This document shows, piece after piece, positions 18,688 to 27,969 of a DNA stretch of 64,000 nucleotides. Numbering within the stretch: the first letter of the stretch is position 1; each line of letters starts with the position of its first letter. The translations under genes were made by a program, and so were the position numbers. The DNA is from a bacterium (GTDB lineage Bacteria > Electryoneota > Electryoneia > Electryoneales > Electryoneaceae): assembly GCA_963675295.2 (NCBI GenBank), contig CAXXKJ010000002.1, positions 1,568,001 to 1,632,000 of the forward strand. Direction: 5' to 3'. The notes under the pieces were generated by a model. The model searched no databases and had not been told where the DNA came from. It worked only from the letters and a program-made list of their open reading frames with translations.

Positions 18688-19086
18688 CTATTCGAGCGTA
18701 CGTTTCTCGCCGGTGAGCGGCTGGAGTTTGGTGATGTCCTCAACGTATTCGAGGCAGCCAAGGTACTGGTTGCCGAGCGCGCGGACGGCGTAATAGCGGG
18801 TGAGGATCATACGGTCCTGCGAATCCTTGTGCCAGAATTCGGCGACATCACGCTTGCCGGATTTCAGTTCCTCGAGCAGTTGATTGACGAGGTCAATGCT
18901 GCTTTCTGAATGGCATTGTCGCACGTCGGTTCCGATGATGGACAAGTCGCGTTCGAAAATGAGATTCGGCCGGTCGGTGAACCAGGTGACGATGTCATTT
19001 TCATCAATGAACGTGATTTCGCCCGGCAGGGCGGACAGGATGGCTTCGATCTGTTCGGGAGACAGTTCCCCCGTATTGAACATCAT
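18688..19086 (-). CDS. Stand-alone PAS domain protein, paralog of the neighbouring C-terminal PAS
   Basis: LPGEITFIDEND, IGTDVRQCH, GKRDVAEFW, YLGCLEYVEDI. Confidence 0.85.
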   Translation of the reverse strand: MMFNTGELSPEQIEAILSALPGEITFIDENDIVTWFTDRPNLIFERDLSIIGTDVRQCHSESSIDLVNQLLEELKSGKRDVAEFWHKDSQDRMILTRYYAVRALGNQYLGCLEYVEDITKLQPLTGEKRTLE

Positions 19087-19127
19087 CTGCAGTGTCCTCC
19101 TCAGTGATCTATGATGAAGTCGGGGGG

Positions 19128-20336
19128 TCAGGCGTTGTTGAGACGCCGCGCCGCTTCCGCGATGACGTCTGGCGGTTCCGCGGTGTAGCAGAAACGCGCC
19201 CATCCGTCATACGCCACACCGAACGGACCGCCTGGGCTGACGACCACGCCGGCATTCAACATGCGGTCGAGTCGCTGGGCATCGTTGAGGCCGTCCCAGG
19301 TGTCGCGCATGTCGACGAAAAGATAAAACGAACCGTCCGCTGCCATGTACGGTCGTCTCACATTTTCCATCGCCGCTGAGCGGCACTCGAGATACGCCGC
19401 GCGCAGACGCTCGGTGATCGTGAAGTGATGGGCAAGCGCGCGAATTCCCTGCACTTGCGATGGCCGGTTGGGCTCGTACCCGACACCGACATGGGCGGGA
19501 TGCATTGCCGCGAGAGGCCCCGGCGCGGCAGTGATCCAGCCGAGGCGGAGGCCGGCGGCGGCGTACGATTTGGATGCGCTGAACACCGAGACCGTGCGCT
19601 CATGCATCTCGGGCAGCGATCCGATGCTGACGTACGGTTGCTGCGCCCAGACGTAATCCTCGTACGCTTCGTCACTCAGGATCCAGAGGTCATGCTTCCG
19701 TGCAAACGCGGCGATCTGTTCGAGAATCGGCTGCGGCAGGAACACGCCGGACGGGTTGTTCGGGTTGTTGAAGTAGATCGCGCGGGTGTTTTCGGTCAGG
19801 AACGGGGTGAGGATCTGCTCAACGTCGGCACCAGCTGAAGGCGTTGGATGATCATCAATCTGGATGTCTTCCGCGTTCGGGGCGAAATGGTGGAAGAACG
19901 GCACCTCGACGGCGCAGACTTTCGCCGTGGATGCAACCACCTTGAAGATCGTCCAGTGCGGCGACAGGGTGAGGACTTCGTCGCCCGGTTCCAGCAGCCG
20001 TGCCATCGCGAGGAACAGGCCGCCGGTCGCGCCGAAGGTGATCTGGATGTCGCGTTCGGAGTTCAGCGGCAGCTTGTTGACCGTGGTCAGCTTGTTGAAC
20101 AGACGGCGGCGCAGCTCAGGTTCACCCTGCGTTTCGCCGTACCGGCTCATGCGATCATTCCACGGTTCGGCGTCCAACGGTTGGTTCAGCTCAGGCGGCA
20201 GGTCAGAGTAGGTGTCGCCGACATGCAGCGCGATCGGCGCTTCGCCGGAACCGGAACGAGCATCGATTTCTTCGCGGATACGGTTGAAGATGGTGGCCTT
20301 GAAGCCATGATCACGAAGGTCTGCGGGGCGGGGCAT
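19128..20336 (-). CDS. Class I/II PLP-dependent aminotransferase
   Basis: NNPNNPSG, SDEAYE, SASKSYAAAGLRLG. Confidence 0.92.
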   Translation of the reverse strand: MPRPADLRDHGFKATIFNRIREEIDARSGSGEAPIALHVGDTYSDLPPELNQPLDAEPWNDRMSRYGETQGEPELRRRLFNKLTTVNKLPLNSERDIQITFGATGGLFLAMARLLEPGDEVLTLSPHWTIFKVVASTAKVCAVEVPFFHHFAPNAEDIQIDDHPTPSAGADVEQILTPFLTENTRAIYFNNPNNPSGVFLPQPILEQIAAFARKHDLWILSDEAYEDYVWAQQPYVSIGSLPEMHERTVSVFSASKSYAAAGLRLGWITAAPGPLAAMHPAHVGVGYEPNRPSQVQGIRALAHHFTITERLRAAYLECRSAAMENVRRPYMAADGSFYLFVDMRDTWDGLNDAQRLDRMLNAGVVVSPGGPFGVAYDGWARFCYTAEPPDVIAEAARRLNNA

Positions 20337-20339
20337 GGG

Positions 20340-21926
20340 TCACTCCTGCGCGTCGCGTTGATTGTCGTCGTGGGGGATCTGCACGGTCGCCGAATACGGG
20401 CCGGGATTGAGCTGATCCGGGGTCAGGTCGAGTGGGAAGCGCAGGATCAGGGTCGTGCCTTCACCACGCTGGCTGTGGATCTCGATCTCTCCCTGATGCT
20501 GTTCCATCACGTTGTGCGCGATCGCCAGACCCAACCCCATGCCGACACCGGGGCCCTTGGTGGTGAAGCCGGGGTCGTAGATGAGGGCGAGGTGTTCCTC
20601 GGCGATGCCGGAGCCGTTGTCACTGAAACGGATCACGGCGTGGCTGTCTACCGTACTCGTTTCGATCCGGATGAAGCCGTCTCCCTTGATCGATTCGATA
20701 GCGTTGGTCAGCGTGTTAAAGAAGACCTGGTTCACCAGCACCGGGAAGCCGAGCACGGGCGGCAAGTCGCCAAATTGTTTCTCGATGGTGATGCGGTCTT
20801 CCCAGCCCGGCGACAGCATGGCGATGGAATCTTCGAGGCCCTGGTGCAGGTCAAAGGTTTGGATCTCGGGTTCGTCCAGCCGTGCGAACGACTTCAACCG
20901 GTTGACCATCGTCGCGATCCGGTCGGAACCCGTCTGCACCACCTTAATCGCGGATTGAATGCTCTTCAGGATTCGCGCGGCTTTCTTGCGGTTCGCTTCG
21001 GAGTCCGGTTGTTCGAGCAGCGTGTCCAGCGAGGCGCTGGCAACCTGAACGGTTTTGGTGCTCGATTTGACAGCGCCCAGCGGGGTGTTGAACTCGTGCG
21101 CGACTCCGGCGACAAGGTGCGCGAGCGAAGCGATCTTTTCGGATTGAACCAACCGTGCCTGGGCGTCCCGGAGGTGACGGGTGCGGTCAGCGACTTTCTG
21201 TTCGAGGCCGAGGTTAAGCGCTTCGATCCGGTCAAACTGATGGTGCACGATGGCGATCAGGAAAAAGATCGCGCCGATTGCCGCACCAACGAAGCTGAGG
21301 AACTGGCCGGTGAAATTGAAATGAACCATCAGCAGCTCGAAAATCGGCTGCGCCAGGATCAGCACCGCGAGGCCGATTGTGTTGAGCGTGAGAAAGTGAC
21401 GGTCCGCTTCCTCGTCCGCTTCCCGAATCGCACGAAACAGCATCGGCCAGACAGTGAACGGCAGCGGGAGCATCGCCACCATCAGCAACCAGCCCAATGG
21501 GCCGTAACTGATGTTTAATCCGGTACTGGTAACCGTGACATTCTCGAACATCTGGTCGGTCAGACTACCGTAGATGATCATTGCCGGGATCGCAATGCCG
21601 AGGTAGATCAAGTTGTATTTTATAGGGATACCGAGGAATTTTTCGCGCAACCGCTTGTCATGTCCCGTCAGGACGATGATGAAATAGATCGTGCCCGCCA
21701 ATGCCAGCAGCGACGTCAGGATCAGCACCGGAATCCACTTGGACGCGTCCGGGTGATCCCAGTTGTTGAGCACGAAAAAGTTGACCAGCGCATCGGTTCC
21801 GAATGCTCCCGCGAACAGGGCGAACGCGACATTCACCCGTTCCTTGGTCCGGAACAGCCAGCCGACCAGCTCAAGAGTGTAGAGCAGAACGGCGGCGATC
21901 AACGCAGGTATGGCGTACGGGTTCAT
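20340..21926 (-). CDS. Multi-pass membrane sensor histidine kinase
   Basis: About 7 TM segments, H-box AGVAHEFNTPLG, NQVFFN, DNGSG, FTTK, GMGLGL. Confidence 0.9.
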   Translation of the reverse strand: MNPYAIPALIAAVLLYTLELVGWLFRTKERVNVAFALFAGAFGTDALVNFFVLNNWDHPDASKWIPVLILTSLLALAGTIYFIIVLTGHDKRLREKFLGIPIKYNLIYLGIAIPAMIIYGSLTDQMFENVTVTSTGLNISYGPLGWLLMVAMLPLPFTVWPMLFRAIREADEEADRHFLTLNTIGLAVLILAQPIFELLMVHFNFTGQFLSFVGAAIGAIFFLIAIVHHQFDRIEALNLGLEQKVADRTRHLRDAQARLVQSEKIASLAHLVAGVAHEFNTPLGAVKSSTKTVQVASASLDTLLEQPDSEANRKKAARILKSIQSAIKVVQTGSDRIATMVNRLKSFARLDEPEIQTFDLHQGLEDSIAMLSPGWEDRITIEKQFGDLPPVLGFPVLVNQVFFNTLTNAIESIKGDGFIRIETSTVDSHAVIRFSDNGSGIAEEHLALIYDPGFTTKGPGVGMGLGLAIAHNVMEQHQGEIEIHSQRGEGTTLILRFPLDLTPDQLNPGPYSATVQIPHDDNQRDAQE

Positions 21927-21948
21927 GTTCCTCTCAACGGCTTCTCTC

Positions 21949-22322
21949 AACCACGGAATACACGGAACACACGGAAAAAGACTTTTTGAACCGCGAAAGG
22001 CGCGAAAACAGCGAAAAAAACCTGAAGTAATTGGTAACTGCGAAAGAAAAAAAACAAATCTGAATGATTGGAAAAGAAAACAACTTAAAAAATTTAAAAA
22101 TAAAAAGTATGTATCAATACAAAGAATAACAGGTATATCCAGTTACTATGATTATAAATATATAGGTAAATATTGGTAGTTATTGTTTTGCAATTAAAAG
22201 TATTTATTTTTTTTTAACATAAAGTAATTCTTTTATCTTTTCTTTCCTTTTTTCGCGCCTTTCGCGGTTCAATCTGTTGTTATCTTTCCGTTTATTCCGT
22301 TTATTCCGTGTATTCCGTGGTT
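21949..22322. mobile_element. Nested inverted-repeat element enclosing AT-rich DNA (MITE-like)
   Basis: Outer 19-bp perfect IR at 21949-21967/22304-22322 and inner 23-bp perfect IR at 21986-22008/22250-22272, around a roughly 240-bp very AT-rich core. Confidence 0.6.
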
Positions 22323-23448
22323 ACCTGTCTTTCAGGTATACCGCGCCGGGTTCGATCATCGCGCCACGCGGCTGGTACTCGAGGCAGTGCGCCATCCAGC
22401 CGGTCTGGATCGCGAGGCAGAACGGGATCGGGAACGAGCTCACCGGCAGGCCGATGGGTGCGTACACGAGGCCGGTGATGCTGTCGACGTTGGCGTAGAT
22501 ACCTTTCGGTCCGAGGGCGGATTCCACCTCACCGCGTACCGCTTCGTAGACTTTCCAGCGGCCGGCCATGCCCTTGTCGGCGAGCAGGTTCTTGGCGAAC
22601 GGTTCCAGCACCCGCACGCGTGGGTCCGGGCACTTGTAGATGCGGTGGCCATACCCGGGGAAACGGTACTTGCCGGCGGCTTTCACCTGCGCCCAGGTGC
22701 GCGCGTCTTTCGGTTTGTCAAACTGGGCCAGATCTTCGTACGCGAGCTGGTTCGCGCCACCGTGGCGAACACCGGAGAGCGCGCCCATGCCAGCCAGTAC
22801 CGCCGAGCCGAGATCGGCGCCGGTGCTGATGACGATCAGTGCGGCGAACGCGGCGGCGTGGAGGCCGTGTTCGGCCTGCACGATCAGGCTGACGTCGAAC
22901 GCTTTTTCCTCGTGTTCGTTAACCCGGCGTCCCAGCGCCTGGTAAAGGAAATTCGCGGAGAAGCCGAGATGGTCTTTCGGCGGCAGTGGTTTCTTGCCGT
23001 TCAGGTGTCGAATCGCTCCGGCAGCCAGAGCTGCCGACCAGCTGAGGATCCGGGCCGGACGCCGCCACTGGGCCTGCATGTCGGTGCGGGAGGCCTCCGG
23101 GATATGGCACGCGGCGATGGTCAGCATGGTGCGATACTGCGCCAACGGGTGCGCGTTGGACGGGATATACTTCAGCGCGTCGAACGCTTCCTGCGGCGGA
23201 GTGCGCCACTTTTTCAGCTCTTCGTCCCACATCGCGGCTTCCTGCGGAGTGGGCAGATTGCCGTGCAGGATGAGGTACGCGACCTCCTCGAACGAGCAGC
23301 AATCGGCCAGTTCGTCGAGCGGGTAACCACGGTACATCAGGCGGCTGTTTTTGCCATCAATTTGGCCGACCCGAGTGTCGGTGACGACGAGGTTTTCGAG
23401 CCCGCGGTTGTAGGTTTGAATCTGGTAGCCGGAGGTGTAGGGTCTCAC
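22321..23448 (-). CDS. Citrate synthase family protein B (catalytic His/His/Asp retained)
   Basis: GLENLVV, LMYRGYP, SGVRHGGAN, GYGHRIYK.PDPR, NVD. GTG start overlaps the upstream TGA. Confidence 0.88.
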   Translation of the reverse strand: MRPYTSGYQIQTYNRGLENLVVTDTRVGQIDGKNSRLMYRGYPLDELADCCSFEEVAYLILHGNLPTPQEAAMWDEELKKWRTPPQEAFDALKYIPSNAHPLAQYRTMLTIAACHIPEASRTDMQAQWRRPARILSWSAALAAGAIRHLNGKKPLPPKDHLGFSANFLYQALGRRVNEHEEKAFDVSLIVQAEHGLHAAAFAALIVISTGADLGSAVLAGMGALSGVRHGGANQLAYEDLAQFDKPKDARTWAQVKAAGKYRFPGYGHRIYKCPDPRVRVLEPFAKNLLADKGMAGRWKVYEAVRGEVESALGPKGIYANVDSITGLVYAPIGLPVSSFPIPFCLAIQTGWMAHCLEYQPRGAMIEPGAVYLKDR

Positions 23449-24647
23449 TTTTCCGCCCCCCGGTTGATGCGGCGGATCGGGTGGCCGACATAACGGTCGA
23501 GCGGACGGTACAAGCGCGGGTTCTCCAGTTCTTCGTGCACCCGTGCCATCAGGCCGGCCATGCGTCCCACCATGTACAGGCACGGCAGCATCGGCTTATC
23601 CGCGCCGATCAGGTGAAACAGAAGCGCGGCGTAGAAGTTGATGTTGACGTGCACGCCGCGCGGGGCCAGTTGCCGCAGGGCTTCATCCTCAACGGCGCGA
23701 GCGATGTCAAACAGTTCCGGGGTGCTTTTGCGCCGGGCCTGGGCGGCGACTTCCTTGCGCAGGATGACGACGCGCGGGTCGGGCATGTGGTACAGCCGGT
23801 GACCGAAGCCTCCGATACGTCCGCCGGAGGCGATGGTCGAGGCGACCCACAGCCGCGCTTCTTCCGGATCGTTCAGGGCGAGAATCTGCTCGAGCACTGT
23901 CTCGCCCGCCCCGCCGAGCTTGTCTCCACGCAGGGCGGACAATCCGGCGACGACATTGTAGTACGGATCGGCGAGTGTGCTGGCGACGACCATCGAGGTG
24001 AAGGTGGGCGCATCGAGGCCGTGATCGGCGAAAAGCACCCAGAGCAGGTCGAGCGAATGGACGTCTTCCGAGTCTGGGTCGCGATCCTGCAACACGCGCA
24101 GCATCTCGTGCGCGATGTCGTATTCAGAGTGGAACAGCACTGGCCCGCGTCCCACGCGATGCGCGGCGATTTGCGCGACCAGCGCCGCAACTTGTGCGAT
24201 GATGCGCAGCTCTCGCCAGTGACGGTCGCCGGATAGATCGTCTTCGACAGTCATTTCGTGGCACCCGAGCGCGGACACTCCCGCCCGCAGCATGCGTGTC
24301 GGATGGATACCGGGGTCCATCGAACGGATCAACGCGATGACATTTTCCGGTAGTTCCCGGCTGGCGCGCAGGTTGTCGCGGAAGCTGGTGAACGCGGCTT
24401 CGTCCTCAGCCGGTTCGTTGCCGGTGATCAGCAGGTGAGCGATTTCCTCGTAGCTGTGCATACCGGCCAGCCGTTCGATCGGTACGCCGCGGTATTCGAG
24501 TGTACCGCTGGACGGATCGAGCCAACTGACGCGCGTCGCGGAAGCGATCACGCCGGACAGTCCCGGACCGACCTCGCTGGTGACCGGCCAGTCGAGCTCG
24601 TCCAGCGCCCATGAGTAATTGGAACTGAGGGTGCGGAAGGCTTTCAT
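23445..24647 (-). CDS. Citrate synthase family protein A (catalytic His and Asp substituted)
   Basis: GLSGVIA, LEYRG, ADHG, GDKLGGA, GFGHRLY..PDPR, NINFY, LYRP. Confidence 0.88.
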   Translation of the reverse strand: MKAFRTLSSNYSWALDELDWPVTSEVGPGLSGVIASATRVSWLDPSSGTLEYRGVPIERLAGMHSYEEIAHLLITGNEPAEDEAAFTSFRDNLRASRELPENVIALIRSMDPGIHPTRMLRAGVSALGCHEMTVEDDLSGDRHWRELRIIAQVAALVAQIAAHRVGRGPVLFHSEYDIAHEMLRVLQDRDPDSEDVHSLDLLWVLFADHGLDAPTFTSMVVASTLADPYYNVVAGLSALRGDKLGGAGETVLEQILALNDPEEARLWVASTIASGGRIGGFGHRLYHMPDPRVVILRKEVAAQARRKSTPELFDIARAVEDEALRQLAPRGVHVNINFYAALLFHLIGADKPMLPCLYMVGRMAGLMARVHEELENPRLYRPLDRYVGHPIRRINRGAEK

Positions 24648-24763
24648 CACGATCCTTGTCAGCTCTTTGGTTGCCGAAAGGTACGGTCAGGGTGCGGGTG
24701 GGACAACGTACGCGGGTGGAAAATCAAGCCGCGTGGCGATCCGGCAGCCTGCTGGTTGATCTC

Positions 24764-25264
24764 TCATTCTTCCCGCAGCAACCGCCGGAACTGAGCGACC
24801 TGGCTGGAATGATAGATCGCATGAAACGCGGCGCCGGTGACCAAGTATTCGAGCTCATCATTTGGAACGGCGGGTTGGATTGTCTTGTCTCGCAGCTCGA
24901 CAAGTGTGTCGAGCAATCTGGTGTATTCCTCACGCAACAGCTTGCGATCCGCTTTCCACTGGGTTTCGGTCGCTTCTGCTGGTTGTTCAAGCCAGTCGCT
25001 GCCTGTACGTGGAAAGCTACCCTGTCCGGTGCCGCTGATCTTGACCCGCACCCGGTAGCACCAGTAGGCGCAATGCAGGCAGATCTGCCAGATAGTCTTG
25101 CTGCGTCCCGGGACGGCACGACGGGCGGTTTCGGCATCCACGCCCTTCAATGCGCTGTTGAGGTTCTTGCCGTGCCACGCGCCGCGCATGTAACTCATTT
25201 CAACACTGGCGATCAAGCTATCCCAACCGGGAGGAGTATCTGAGCGCCGCCAGAACTTAGCCAT
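24764..25264 (-). CDS. DinB/YfiT family protein
   Basis: AWHG, TIWQICLHCAYW, HAIYHSSQV. Confidence 0.85.
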   Translation of the reverse strand: MAKFWRRSDTPPGWDSLIASVEMSYMRGAWHGKNLNSALKGVDAETARRAVPGRSKTIWQICLHCAYWCYRVRVKISGTGQGSFPRTGSDWLEQPAEATETQWKADRKLLREEYTRLLDTLVELRDKTIQPAVPNDELEYLVTGAAFHAIYHSSQVAQFRRLLREE

Positions 25265-25464
25265 GGTGAAGTCTCCCACAATCAACTTCTATCCTGTTGT
25301 ATTTATAGATGATTGTAAGAATATGATCGGGGAGCCCACAACAAGAAAGTGTTAGTTAACGATTGAATAAGTACTTAAGCAGTACCATATTGCCCATAGC
25401 GAAACAGAAATAGTTCTACTTGCTTGCGTTACAGTATTGTCAGGAAGAGATGAGGTGCCGTCGT

Positions 25465-25980
25465 ATGCGTCGTGTTTGTTCGTGGTGCAATTCGGAAATG
25501 GATCCGATTCCATCCTCGCTGGTGGATCCGCGCGGCATTACCCACGGCATCTGCGAGGATTGTTCCAGACGGCTGATCCGTCCCGAATCGCATACCATTC
25601 AGGAATTCCTCGAGAAGTTACCGTTCCCGGTGATGGTCGTGGATGATGATGTTGTCGTACTCGCGGCGAACAAGCTCGCGTTGACACTGCTAGGCAAGTC
25701 GGAATATGAAGTTGTCGACAAGCTCGGTGGTGTGGTAGTGGAGTGTGCGTACTCCGAGCAGCCCGGCGGGTGTGGCAAGACCTCGTTTTGCCGCGGGTGC
25801 CAACTGCGTGAAAGTGTTACCCGGACCTACATCAGCGGCCGCTCATTGAAGGGGATTGAGGCGACGTTAACCACGATGATGGACGATACACTGGTGGACG
25901 TGATGCATCACATTACCACGGAGAAGATGGGGGATCTGGTGCTGGTACGTCTCGACGACCTGAAATCGAACCTGCCGTAG
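25465..25980 (+). CDS. Zinc-finger (CxxC...HxxCxxC) plus Cys-rich PAS-like protein
   Basis: VCSWC...THGICEDC; LEKLPFPVMVVDDD..VLAAN; CAYS...GCGKT..C..C.LR. Confidence 0.75.
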   Translation: MRRVCSWCNSEMDPIPSSLVDPRGITHGICEDCSRRLIRPESHTIQEFLEKLPFPVMVVDDDVVVLAANKLALTLLGKSEYEVVDKLGGVVVECAYSEQPGGCGKTSFCRGCQLRESVTRTYISGRSLKGIEATLTTMMDDTLVDVMHHITTEKMGDLVLVRLDDLKSNLP

Positions 25981-26001
25981 CTGGTGGGTTGAACGGAACG
26001 A

Positions 26002-26031
26002 CAAAGCCCCCGGTTTTGGCCGGGGGCTTTG
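26002..26031. terminator. Hairpin terminator between convergent genes
   Basis: CAAAGCCCCCGG-ttttgg-CCGGGGGCTTTG. Confidence 0.8.
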
Positions 26032-26051
26032 CTGTAGGGATACGTCAGGGA

Positions 26052-26501
26052 TCAGAGAAAAACTCGCTGGTTGACGAATTCGTCTTCGCTCTGGTACGTG
26101 ACGCGCAGGTAGAAGGTTTCAATCGGCAGCCGGTATTCACGGAAGACGAAGGTATGCCGTCCCTCGTTCAGCTGGCCATCGTGCAGCGTCAGGACTTCGC
26201 GTCCGAGACGATCGTACAGCACCATCTTGACGTTCGCGCGTTCCGGCACGTCGAGCGTCGCGGCGGTTTCACCGTTCAGCAGGTTGACCTGCATTGGGTG
26301 CAGAAAGAACGTATCGCTCAGCTCTTCGCAGCACTGGTCGAAGGTGTCCTCGATATTGATCTCACGCATCGGGACAGTTGCTTCCGCGACGGTTGCGGCG
26401 GCGGTCTTCGTGGCTGCAGTGACGGCGTTCTCGGCCGCAAAGCTTACACTGCTCAATCCTACGAGTATCATCACGGTGATGATGGTCATTTTCTTCATCA
26501 T
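26052..26501 (-). CDS. Small secreted protein made mostly of a degenerate T9SS-CTD-like domain
   Basis: Signal peptide; VKMVLYDRLGREVLTLHDGQLNEGRHTFVF. Confidence 0.7.
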   Translation of the reverse strand: MMKKMTIITVMILVGLSSVSFAAENAVTAATKTAAATVAEATVPMREINIEDTFDQCCEELSDTFFLHPMQVNLLNGETAATLDVPERANVKMVLYDRLGREVLTLHDGQLNEGRHTFVFREYRLPIETFYLRVTYQSEDEFVNQRVFL

Positions 26502-26712
26502 GGTCCTTCTCTCCTCTTCAGGGTCGGCTGCTGTCGCGCCCTGTTGTTCACCCTCCACGCCCCTGTGACGACGGGTTCGTGCGCTGGGTTACTGCGAAGG
26601 GAGCACATTGAGAGCCCCCGGGAGCCGGACAGGGCAATCGCAGGTCATGAACGGAGTTCAGCATGAGCCACGATTCCCCTGGTGCGACCTCGCGTTCCCG
26701 GATGGTGCCGGG

Positions 26713-26997
26713 TCAACGCGCGTGATTCACGTTCGTACTCGTCACCGGCTTGACCAACCGCTGGAACGGTCCGTCGTCAGTTCCCGGTTCCGGAGTCAGC
26801 GGAATCGGAATCCACGGCAGGTAAGGTTGGAAGATCGGAAGACATGCGATCTTGTCGGCCGGGACGTGAATCCGGGGATTCAAATCTTCGGCGTAGAAAG
26901 CCCTCTCATTGGGGAGGGGATTGTTGGCGAGGGACGGTGCCGCAACTGCAAGCACCAGCACCAGGCAGGCCAAAAGCATCATCGATTGTGTACGCAT
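26713..26997 (-). CDS. Small secreted Pro-rich hypothetical protein
   Basis: AGGAG RBS; signal peptide ending SLA. Confidence 0.6.
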   Translation of the reverse strand: MRTQSMMLLACLVLVLAVAAPSLANNPLPNERAFYAEDLNPRIHVPADKIACLPIFQPYLPWIPIPLTPEPGTDDGPFQRLVKPVTSTNVNHAR

Positions 26998-27163
26998 CGT
27001 CGTATCTCCTGTTCAGGATGTCAGACGTCGCGCAGCACCCACGTTCCGTACTTAGTAGACGCAAACATGGAGAGGATAGTTACAGGAGTTTTTTCGGGTG
27101 TGACTCCGTGGAGGAGACAAAGGGAAGGCAATCACCGGAAAGGCAGTCAGTTCCGGGGATGGA

Positions 27164-27913
27164 TCAGGGTTTGACCAGGCGGGCGTAATCCGGTGGGATG
27201 CCGTCGCCGCCGGGTACATACAGAACGTCGCCACCATTCAGCAGTTGGTATGTGTCCATCACGGTACGATTCCCGTTTTCCTCGATGACGAAATTGAAGG
27301 TTGAATCATTCTCCTGGACAAGCGGTCCGACGCCCCCGATGTACCACTTGCCATCGCGCTGGATGATGTCGTACCACGATGCCGACCACTCACTGAAACA
27401 GGAGCCGACACACCCCTCGGGCTGGACATGGGTCTGCCGGATCTGATCGACCTGATCCGCCTGCCTCCCCTGAATGTGAACACGCGCGGTGCGTTCGCCG
27501 GTGTCGGGGTCGGTCGTCAACGCGCCGGTGCCATAGATCTGCGGATCGGGCGGCATGTACTCCGGGTAGTGAAACACGATCGTCGGTGTGGGGTAGAGGG
27601 TGTCGCCGTCCACGGTCAGCAGCTAATACATCCGTTCGCTGTACATCTCGAACGTCTGATTGTACGGCCTGGATATGTCGGCCCATGCGTTGATGGCGAA
27701 TACGATCTCGCGAAGCTTGTCCTCGTCGTAACGTTCATAGACCTGAACGTCGATGGTGCGTTTGGGCGTGTCTTTCTCCAGACCGCTCCACTTGATCCGG
27801 TCCGAGGCGATGGAATAACCGTCGAAGAAACGGCCGGCGTGGCTTGAGACAGGTAGCGCAAGCGTAACAAAAACGATGAGGGCTACCACCAGAATCAAGT
27901 GCCAGCGTTTCAT
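27164..27913 (-). pseudogene. Secreted protein gene interrupted by an in-frame TAG at 27623-27625
   Basis: The signal-peptide ORF MKRWHLIL... continues in frame as ...ERMY*LLTVDGDTLYP... to TGA at 27164. Confidence 0.65.
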
Positions 27914-27969
27914 TGCGGACTCCGACAGATACGGCGCCGGAATCACCGGCGCCGTTCGGATGCATACGA

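Noticed and set aside
19848-21518. Long antisense ORFs (556 aa here; also 17011-18204, 22387-23493, 31007-32074, 47015-48421)
   Set aside because: These are shadows of well-supported genes on the opposite strand, as expected in GC-rich DNA.
21910-22179. 89-aa Lys-rich ORF across the AT-rich cargo
   Set aside because: It is built from repeat and poly-A sequence, has no RBS and overlaps the kinase start in antisense.
27623-27625. Genome-wide amber recoding
   Set aside because: Several conserved genes in the window end correctly at TAG.
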